Source: Ferroglobus placidus DSM 10642
GTDB lineage: Archaea > Halobacteriota > Archaeoglobi > Archaeoglobales > Archaeoglobaceae
Length of the DNA: 32,000 nucleotides
Assembly (NCBI RefSeq): GCF_000025505.1
Contig: NC_013849.1
Coordinates: forward strand, 720,001 to 752,000
Reading direction: 5' to 3'
Shown here: piece by piece, positions 25,533 to 32,000 of the stretch
Layout: each line of letters opens with the position of its first letter
Numbering within the stretch: the first letter of the stretch is position 1
Position numbers and translations under genes: made by a program
Notes under the pieces: model-generated
Seen by the model: only the letters and a program-made list of their open reading frames with translations
What the model was told of the DNA's origin: nothing
Databases searched by the model: none

Positions 25533-26756
25533 ATGGTTGCGATAAAATTCCTCGGAGGGTGCAGGGAAGTAGGAAGGTCAGCGATAATGGTAGACTCGAT
25601 TATCTTAGACTACGGTCTAAAACCATCTGATCCTCCGGAGTTCCCATTAGATGGTATAGCTCCGAAGAGTTTGATCCTCTCTCACGGTCACCTCGATCAC
25701 GTTGGAGTGGCTCCAAACTTAATGGATTACGATCCTCTCGTTTACATGACTCCGCCAACCAGCGACTTAAGCTCAATTTTACTCAAAGACTCTCTCAACA
25801 TAATGGAAAATCCGCCCTACACAAAGAGACAGCTCAGACAGTTCGAAAGCAACACGAGATTTATCGGCTACGACGAACCCTTCCACATCGACGGCTGGGA
25901 GATAACGCTGTTCAACGCCGGACACATTCCGGGAAGCGCCAGCATATACATGGAAAGAGACGTGAGCATTCTATACACCGGAGACATAAGACTCGAGGAC
26001 ACGAGACTTCTTGAAGGAGCGGACACGAGTTATCCAGAAATCGACGTTCTGATAGTCGAGAGCACGTACTTCGGCGTTGAGCATCCGGACAGAAGAGAGC
26101 TTGAAAAAGCCTTCGTTGAAAGCGTGAAAGAAACTCTCGACAACGGAGGTTTCGCGATAATTCCAGCATTCGCTGTCGGAAGAACGCAGGAAGTTGCGAT
26201 GATTCTCGTCAAACACGGAATCACTCCATATGTGGATGGAATGGGCAACGAAGTTGCGAGAATTCTTGAAAGGTATCCAGAGTACATAAAGAGCGCTAAA
26301 GAGTTGAAAAAGACGATGAAGAAGGTTATTCCCGTAGAAAAGGGAAAGAGAGAGGAAATTCTGAAAGAGCCGGCAGCAATAGTAACAACAGCCGGCATGC
26401 TCAACGGCGGACCCGCTTTGTTCTACATCTCGAAGCTCTACAACGACAGCAGATCAAAGATAATCCTCACGGGATACCAGGTTGAAGGAACGAACGGAGA
26501 CAAAGCTCTGAAGAAGGGTGAAATAGACTTAGGAATGAAGACCGTGAAGCTGAAGATGAAAGTCGAGCAGTACGACTTCTCAGCTCACGCTGACGACAGT
26601 CAGCTAAAAGAGCTCGTTAAGAGAATAGCTAACAGAGGGGTTGAAGTAGCCTTCGCTGTCCACGGAGAAGATCCAGAAAGCTTTGCAAACTGGATGAGAG
26701 AGGAGCTCGGAATCGAGAGCTACGCTCCGAAGAACGGAGACGTTTTCGTTCTATGA
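25533..26756 (+). CDS. Beta-CASP MBL-fold ribonuclease (aCPSF2/archaeal RNase J-like)
   Basis: FLGGCREVGRSAIMVD...ILSHGHLDHVGVAP...NAGHIPGSASIYM...LYTGDIRLEDTRLL...VESTYFG...TTAGMLNGGPALFY...FSAHADDSQL. Confidence 0.9.
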   Translation: MVAIKFLGGCREVGRSAIMVDSIILDYGLKPSDPPEFPLDGIAPKSLILSHGHLDHVGVAPNLMDYDPLVYMTPPTSDLSSILLKDSLNIMENPPYTKRQLRQFESNTRFIGYDEPFHIDGWEITLFNAGHIPGSASIYMERDVSILYTGDIRLEDTRLLEGADTSYPEIDVLIVESTYFGVEHPDRRELEKAFVESVKETLDNGGFAIIPAFAVGRTQEVAMILVKHGITPYVDGMGNEVARILERYPEYIKSAKELKKTMKKVIPVEKGKREEILKEPAAIVTTAGMLNGGPALFYISKLYNDSRSKIILTGYQVEGTNGDKALKKGEIDLGMKTVKLKMKVEQYDFSAHADDSQLKELVKRIANRGVEVAFAVHGEDPESFANWMREELGIESYAPKNGDVFVL

Positions 26757-27385
26757 TTCTATTAGTTTCGGATATTCACTCCAACAACCTCGTTTTTGAT
26801 AAAATTCTCGAAAAAGAAGAGTTCGAAGCTATCTTCGTTTGCGGTGACATAACCGACTTTAGGGGAGAAGACATTCTCTCCTTCGAAAGGGTTGTTAGGG
26901 AATACGATGTTCCGTGCTTCGCCGTCCACGGAAATTGCGACGACAACCTGGCTGTAAAACTCCTTGAAAGTTCGGAAGTGATAACTTTTCTCCACGGAAG
27001 AAGCGTCGAGTTCAACGGCTTTCTAATCCACGGAGTCGGAGGATCGAACAGAACTCCCTTTTACACACCCTCGGAGTATTCTGAAGAGTACATAGATAGC
27101 GTGCTGAAGAGATTCAAAATAAGCGGGAAAGATATCTTGCTCGCTCACTGCCCACCCTACGGAATACTCGACAGAACTTACGAAGGAATTCACGCTGGCT
27201 CCACTTCGATAGCCATGCACGTCAAAAAATTCAGATTTGTTTTCTGCGGTCACATCCACGAGGCGAGGGGTGTTGAAAGAATTAAAAATACGATACTCGT
27301 AAATCCGGGCTCGGCTGCTTCTGGAAACTACGCTCTGGTTGATCTCGAAAGTTCGAAAGTGTATCTAAAGAACGTTTACGAGTAG
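26753..27385 (+). CDS. Calcineurin-like metallophosphoesterase
   Basis: MILLVSDIHSNNLVFDKIL...FVCGDITDF...AVHGNCDDNLAVKLL...FVFCGHIHEARGVER...LVNPGSA. Confidence 0.93.
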   Translation: MILLVSDIHSNNLVFDKILEKEEFEAIFVCGDITDFRGEDILSFERVVREYDVPCFAVHGNCDDNLAVKLLESSEVITFLHGRSVEFNGFLIHGVGGSNRTPFYTPSEYSEEYIDSVLKRFKISGKDILLAHCPPYGILDRTYEGIHAGSTSIAMHVKKFRFVFCGHIHEARGVERIKNTILVNPGSAASGNYALVDLESSKVYLKNVYE

Positions 27386-28218
27386 TGGTGTTTCTGGGGG
27401 TGCAGCTTTTCTATAAGCTCCGTGTCGAAGATTTCCTCTTTTTTCGGCATTTTCTCTGTGTAGCCGAGTTTTTTCATAACCTTAAGCAGTTTCATCGTGC
27501 AGTTTACGTATTCTTTTGGGAGAGAAGAGCAGTACTTCGGACTTAGCGAGAGAATCTCCTCCATCGTTTTTGGATCAATTAAATTTTTGAAATATTCACT
27601 TAAATCTCTCGAAACCATATCCCTCGCTTCTCTGAGTAAATTGCAAGCCCATTCGTGTTTAATGAGGAAATCTACGAGCTTTCTTTTTTCTAAAGCATCC
27701 TTTCTAACGACTATTCCGTAGCTCGGATTGAAGGGAAACAGCTCGTTTGGATAGTAGAAGATCTTAGCTCCGTATTTTTTCGCTAAAACAATAAGATTTG
27801 GAGTTCCGCAAACGGCATCGAGCTTCCCATCCACGAAATCTTCGAGAATCATGTCAGCCCAAGGATAGTTTACAACCTCAGCCTCAACGTTCTCTTTTTC
27901 GAGCGTTGCTCTCAAAATAACGTCGTGAATGCTTCCTTTAGACGGGACTCCAATTTTAGCTCCTTCCAGCTTCCTTCCGGCTATGGCAGTTCCTTCCACG
28001 TGCCCTCCGGCTATGCAAACAACATTCACCCCTCTCGAAATTCCGAGAATCGTCGGAGTCAGCCCAACGTAAGCCAGATCTATTTCTTTTTTCTCAAAAG
28101 CGTTTATTATATCTACGCCGGTCCCGAAAAGCTTCCACTCCGCTTCGATAACTTTATAGTGGCGGAGTAAGTGGGATGTGTGGTAGGCTGTGGATAAAAA
28201 ACCAATTCTCATGAGCAA
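27376..28218 (-). CDS. NMT1/SsuA-like solute-binding-fold protein without a signal peptide
   Basis: MRIGFLSTAYHTSHLLRHYKVIEAEWKLFGTGVDIINAFEKKEIDLAYVGLTPTILGISRGVNVVCIAG...WADMILEDFVDGKLDAVCGTPN; starts directly in the fold, with no signal sequence. Confidence 0.75.
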   Translation of the reverse strand: MLMRIGFLSTAYHTSHLLRHYKVIEAEWKLFGTGVDIINAFEKKEIDLAYVGLTPTILGISRGVNVVCIAGGHVEGTAIAGRKLEGAKIGVPSKGSIHDVILRATLEKENVEAEVVNYPWADMILEDFVDGKLDAVCGTPNLIVLAKKYGAKIFYYPNELFPFNPSYGIVVRKDALEKRKLVDFLIKHEWACNLLREARDMVSRDLSEYFKNLIDPKTMEEILSLSPKYCSSLPKEYVNCTMKLLKVMKKLGYTEKMPKKEEIFDTELIEKLHPQKHHYS

Positions 28219-29486
28219 AGTTCTCCAACGAGGTAATTAAACTTTGCATCGACAACTTTAGCTCTGTAAAACTCACCAATTGTTCCTTCTTCGAGCACCA
28301 CCGGTCGGTAAGAGTCGGCTCTTGCCAAAAGCGTTTCGTTCTTACCCCTTTTCGTAACCAGCACTCTCAACTTCTTCCCAACGAATTTCAAGTTGTTCTC
28401 AAGTCCAATTTCCTCGCAGATCTTTGTAAGCTTTCTGCTCCTCTCCTTCTTTATCCAATCCGGAATGTCTTTGAGCTTTGCCGCCAAAGTTCCTTCTCTC
28501 GGAGAGAACCTCGTTATGTTAACTATGTCCGGCTTAACCCTCTTTATTAGCTCGACTGTCTTTTCAAAGCTTTCTTCGCTCTCTGTTGGAAAGCCGACGA
28601 TTACATCTGTAGAAAGCAGAACGTCGTCGAAAGCTTTTCTGAAAGCACTAACCACTTCTTCGAAATCTTCGACGGTGTGACCTCTTCTCATATCCATTAA
28701 AACCTTGTTATCTCCGCTTTGAACCGGTAAATGAAGAAATTTGTAGATTTTTTCACTCTTAAAAGCTTCGATGAGATCGTCGAGAATTTCCATCGCGTGC
28801 TGCGGGTTCATCATTCCCACTCTAACCCTGAAATCTCCCTCTATTTCGGATATCTTTTCGAGCAAGTCCGGAAGCCTGTAGCCTTTGTCTTTCCCGTAAG
28901 CTCCGGTGTCTTGGGAGGTGAGCTGAATTTCTTTGTAGCCCATCTCAACGACTTTTTTAACCTCCTCAACTATCTTCTCAATTGAGAAACTCCTCAATCT
29001 CCCCCTCGCTATTTTCGTCGCACAGTAGCTGCAATTTCCTAAGCAACCTTCGGAAATAGATACGATAGCTATAGCATTCTCTTTCAATCTGCATTTTACA
29101 CCGCTGATTTCAGCCTTATCGACTCTGCTCACGTTTATTATCTCAACTCTTTCACCGTTCAAAACAGCCTTTACCGCTTCGTTAATTCTGTGAACGTTGT
29201 CCGGACTAACGAGAGCGTCAGCAATTTTCAACCTCTTTCTCGCTATCCTGGCTAAGCAGCCGGCGGCGATAACTTTCTTCCCCATCCCCTTAATCTCTTC
29301 AATCCTCCTCAAGATCTTTCTCTCTGTAAAACCAATTACCCCGCAGGTGTTTACAATAACAACATCAGCTTCCTCTGCCGAATCAGCGAAAGCATACTCC
29401 CGGCTAAGCAAGCCACGCATGATGTCCGAATCAGCCTGATTCATCGTGCAGCCGTAGGTTTCGATGTAAACCTTCATTTCCAGCAA
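28209..29486 (-). CDS. tRNA t6A37 methylthiotransferase (e-MtaB/CDKAL1-like, radical SAM)
   Basis: VYIETYGCTMNQADSDIMRGLL...NTCGVIGFTERKI...ISEGCLGNCSYCATKIARG...TQDTGAYG; C-terminal TRAM-like domain. Confidence 0.93.
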   Translation of the reverse strand: MLEMKVYIETYGCTMNQADSDIMRGLLSREYAFADSAEEADVVIVNTCGVIGFTERKILRRIEEIKGMGKKVIAAGCLARIARKRLKIADALVSPDNVHRINEAVKAVLNGERVEIINVSRVDKAEISGVKCRLKENAIAIVSISEGCLGNCSYCATKIARGRLRSFSIEKIVEEVKKVVEMGYKEIQLTSQDTGAYGKDKGYRLPDLLEKISEIEGDFRVRVGMMNPQHAMEILDDLIEAFKSEKIYKFLHLPVQSGDNKVLMDMRRGHTVEDFEEVVSAFRKAFDDVLLSTDVIVGFPTESEESFEKTVELIKRVKPDIVNITRFSPREGTLAAKLKDIPDWIKKERSRKLTKICEEIGLENNLKFVGKKLRVLVTKRGKNETLLARADSYRPVVLEEGTIGEFYRAKVVDAKFNYLVGELCS

Positions 29487-29526
29487 TTTTACACTTTGCG
29501 GATATTAAAATTAGCGGATGCAAGGG

Positions 29527-29931
29527 TCAAGGAATAACATTCACACCTTTAGAGAGAGCTTGTTTTCTGAGTTTTTCATCGAACGTTGCGAGGTTTACTT
29601 TCTCCCTTACCGCAATTGATAAGATCACTTTGTCGTTGTACCTCGAAAGAGACAGTCCCTCACTTGCTACCGTCTCTAGAGCGTAAGTTACGTCGGAAAG
29701 TCTTTCCGAAATTATCTTCGACTTGTAGTGACTACAATATTCCTCTACTTTGTACAGCACATCGTTAGGATTAACGTTCAAAGCCTTCAAAACCCACACA
29801 TACTCGTGAAGAACTATCGTCGGTATCATCCAAATATCTAAACCGTTTAAGAGCCTTCTCGCTTCTTTATGATATTCGCTGTCTTCAAACGTATCGTACA
29901 CAAGTACGTTTGTATCTATTATCGCTCTCAT
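29527..29931 (-). CDS. vapC: PIN-domain protein (VapC-like toxin)
   Basis: MRAIIDTNVLVYDTFEDSEYHKEARRLL...SRYNDKVILSIAVREKVNLATFDEKLRKQA; overlaps the upstream antitoxin by 4 nt. Confidence 0.9.
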   Translation of the reverse strand: MRAIIDTNVLVYDTFEDSEYHKEARRLLNGLDIWMIPTIVLHEYVWVLKALNVNPNDVLYKVEEYCSHYKSKIISERLSDVTYALETVASEGLSLSRYNDKVILSIAVREKVNLATFDEKLRKQALSKGVNVIP

Positions 29932-30155
29932 AGGTTCTCACTTAAACCCTTTGTCATCAAATTCTCTATATCTTCCGGTGTAAGCCTTCTGCCAACTTTT
30001 AAAGTTCTTCTTTCTTCTTTTACTTTTCTTATTATTATCACTTCTTTATTTTTATCGTACTCGACCTCCAGTAGATCCCCTATCTTCAATCCCATTTTCT
30101 TCCTAACCTCCGCCGGTATAGTAATTTGATAATTTCTCGTAATTTTCACTCTCAT
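29928..30155 (-). CDS. vapB: AbrB/SpoVT-type antitoxin (VapB-like)
   Basis: MRVKITRNYQITIPAEVRKKMGLKIGDLLEVEYD swapped-hairpin signature. Confidence 0.92.
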   Translation of the reverse strand: MRVKITRNYQITIPAEVRKKMGLKIGDLLEVEYDKNKEVIIIRKVKEERRTLKVGRRLTPEDIENLMTKGLSENL

Positions 30156-30170
30156 ACTACGATTTGAAAT

Positions 30171-30195
30171 ATAGTAACTTTATAAGCATTACTAT
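30171..30195. promoter_or_regulatory. Inverted repeat ATAGTAA-N11-TTACTAT over the presumptive vapBC TATA box
   Basis: Perfect 7-bp arms flank CTTTATAAGCA. The TATA centre is about 28 nt from the vapB ATG. Confidence 0.6.
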
Positions 30196-30248
30196 CACTC
30201 CGCACGATCGAAAATAACAAGCTTTAGTACAGAAGAAAGTTTAAAATT

Positions 30249-31253
30249 TTAAATCCTAAAAACCCTCCCAGCTTTGTAAAGTCTGTTCATTATCGCCTTT
30301 CCAATTCCCTTCTCCTCAACACCTTGAACGATTATCACGTCGCACTCTTTATCGAGCTCTCTGAGAACTTTGAAAAGATTTTTAGCCATCTCTTCTAAAT
30401 TCCTACCAAAATTTTTGTAAATAACGTCATTCCTTTTTTCTTCCAAATTCAAACCAGCAACTCCAACTCTATACCCTTTCTTTACGAAATCTTCGGCAAT
30501 TTGCGTAGCTTTTTTTAAAAAATTCTTTCCGACGAGAACTATCGTTTCAGCGTCTGGAGCGTAATGCTTATACTTCATCCCCGGACTTTTAGCCACGCTG
30601 AAATCTTCGGCATACTTAACGTCAACGTATTCTTCAAGCTCCTCCTTAGTTATTGCTCCAGGTCTGAGTATTTCTACCGGATAAACGGTCGTGTCAACGA
30701 CGGTAGATTCCAAGCCTATCTTCGTCTCGCCACCATCTATAATTACATCTACAAGATTGCCGAGATCCTCAAGCACGTGCTCAGCTTTAGTTGGACTCGG
30801 CTTTCCGCTTTTGTTTGCCGATGGAGCAGCAATCGGAGTTTCGCTAAGCTCTATAAGTTTCAAAGCTACCTTGTGATCGGGCATTCTTACAGCCACAGTG
30901 TCTAAGCCGGCTGTGGTAATCTTCGGGACTTTCTTATTCTTCATCACGAGAGTTAGCGGACCGGGAAAAAAAGCATCGATAAGCTTTTTCGCAATTTCGT
31001 TTGGTTGAGCAATCTCGTAAATCTGATCAACGCTGCTAACGTGAACTATCAAAGGATTGTCTGCCGGTCTCCCCTTAACTTCGAAAATTTTTCTCACAGC
31101 CTTTTCGTTTAACGCATCAGCCCCGAGCCCGTAAACGGTTTCAGTCGGAAAAGCAACCAAATTACCTTTCTTTATCTCTTCAGCAGCAATTCCGATTTTG
31201 TCATCCTCCGGATTTTCCGGATCGACTTTTATTATCCTCGTCCTTATTTTCAT
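30249..31253 (-). CDS. sua5: Threonylcarbamoyl-AMP synthase (Sua5, two-domain)
   Basis: GNLVAFPTETVYGLGADAL...KGRPADNPLIVHV...FPGPLTLVM...AAPSANKSGKPSPT...ESTVVD...ILRPGAIT...SPGMKYKHYAP. Confidence 0.95.
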   Translation of the reverse strand: MKIRTRIIKVDPENPEDDKIGIAAEEIKKGNLVAFPTETVYGLGADALNEKAVRKIFEVKGRPADNPLIVHVSSVDQIYEIAQPNEIAKKLIDAFFPGPLTLVMKNKKVPKITTAGLDTVAVRMPDHKVALKLIELSETPIAAPSANKSGKPSPTKAEHVLEDLGNLVDVIIDGGETKIGLESTVVDTTVYPVEILRPGAITKEELEEYVDVKYAEDFSVAKSPGMKYKHYAPDAETIVLVGKNFLKKATQIAEDFVKKGYRVGVAGLNLEEKRNDVIYKNFGRNLEEMAKNLFKVLRELDKECDVIIVQGVEEKGIGKAIMNRLYKAGRVFRI

Positions 31254-32000
31254 AGCTTTTTCACCATGTATTCGAACTCCTTTTTATATCCCCTTCTCCT
31301 GTAATACTCCCTCACACCGACCCCGCTTATAACAGCTATTCTGTCGTACTTCTCCTTCGCTATCTCCTCAGCTTGCTTTAAAAGCTTCTCGCCAAAACCC
31401 CTGTGCTGAAAAGCTTCATTTTCTTCTTTACTTATCGGAACAGCCTCTCCGTAAACGTGCAGCTCCCTTATTAAAGCACAGTCTCTCAAAACATCTATAA
31501 ACGGTTCGTCTGGAAATCTCAGCCTTATAAAACCTATTAAGACGTCCTCGCTCGGAATTTCGTATGAAATAAAGAACTCCTTTCCATCAGAAGCCTTATA
31601 CTCTCTCACCACAAGTTCGAAATCCTTTTCTTCAAACTTCTTAAGCTTCAATCCAGCTTCTCTACACCTGATGCATCTGCAAGAATATCCAAGCTCTTTC
31701 AGCCTCTCGTGGACGAGCTGCCTTATGTTCCCCTTGTCTATCCCTATAGAAGCATTGACGGGAATGTCGCGCTGAATTCTCTGAATTCTTACGTATTCGG
31801 GAATGTACTTTTTAGCTTTCGCAATTAACTCAACGACCTCTTCAGTGGTGTAAGGCTCGTATTCTCCTCTCTCGTACATTTCGTAGAGCTTAGTCCCCCT
31901 AACGACTATGGTCGGATAAATTTTCAGGTAATCCGGCTTGAATTTTTCGTCTTGGAAGAGAATCTTGAACATCTTCAAATCCCTCTCGAAACTGCTTCCC
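31250..32000 (-). CDS. elp3: Elp3-family tRNA uridine(34) acetyltransferase, C-terminal part; the 5' end is off the window
   Basis: FKPDYLKIYPTIVVRGTKLYEMYERGEYEPYT...VRIQRIQRDIPV...CRCIRCREAG...LLKQAEEIAKEKYDRIAVISGVGVREYYRRRGY. The reading frame stays open to 32000. Confidence 0.94.
   Translation of the reverse strand, partial: GSSFERDLKMFKILFQDEKFKPDYLKIYPTIVVRGTKLYEMYERGEYEPYTTEEVVELIAKAKKYIPEYVRIQRIQRDIPVNASIGIDKGNIRQLVHERLKELGYSCRCIRCREAGLKLKKFEEKDFELVVREYKASDGKEFFISYEIPSEDVLIGFIRLRFPDEPFIDVLRDCALIRELHVYGEAVPISKEENEAFQHRGFGEKLLKQAEEIAKEKYDRIAVISGVGVREYYRRRGYKKEFEYMVKKL

Noticed and set aside
1-32000. Search for defence systems, transposases, phage genes or integrase-flanked islands
   Set aside because: Apart from the ordinary VapBC pair, every sizeable ORF resolves to housekeeping or energy metabolism families. 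I saw no insertion sequence ends or prophage signatures.

Overview
This window is archaeal chromosomal DNA with gene content typical of Archaeoglobales. A Ferroglobus/Geoglobus-type organism is my inference from c-type cytochrome maturation, Vht/Mvh hydrogenases and methanofuran-pathway genes; it was not checked against a database. Main blocks in order: a translation/methanofuran/AAA-ATPase block (1-4400, minus strand); a divergent regulator and UPF0058 pair; an overlapping RNA-metabolism-type operon (6014-8474); a NiFe-hydrogenase/heterodisulfide reductase locus (9130-20152), comprising a wHTH regulator, Vht-like Tat-exported hydrogenase with cytochrome b, maturation protease, HdrABC, MvhDGA and a second maturation protease; ccmE-ccmF (20219-22403); an rps13-rps4-rps11-rpoD cluster on the minus strand; and a beta-CASP RNase, phosphoesterase, orphan solute-binding-like protein, tRNA-modification genes (e-MtaB, Sua5, Elp3) and a VapBC pair. 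No CRISPR array, transposon, tRNA or rRNA was recognised. The clearest unannotated signal is a textbook C/D box guide sRNA (20143-20200) squeezed between the second maturation protease and ccmE, sharing its C box with the stop codon. Other leads are a strong three-way-junction-like structured element at 8839-8902, a perfect 22-bp palindrome in front of the Vht operon, a perfect 14-bp palindrome between divergent genes at 5236-5249, a 7-bp-arm inverted repeat over the vapBC TATA box, and a possible 23-aa membrane micro-ORF near 13405-13476. I found no convincing wholly novel multi-gene system.
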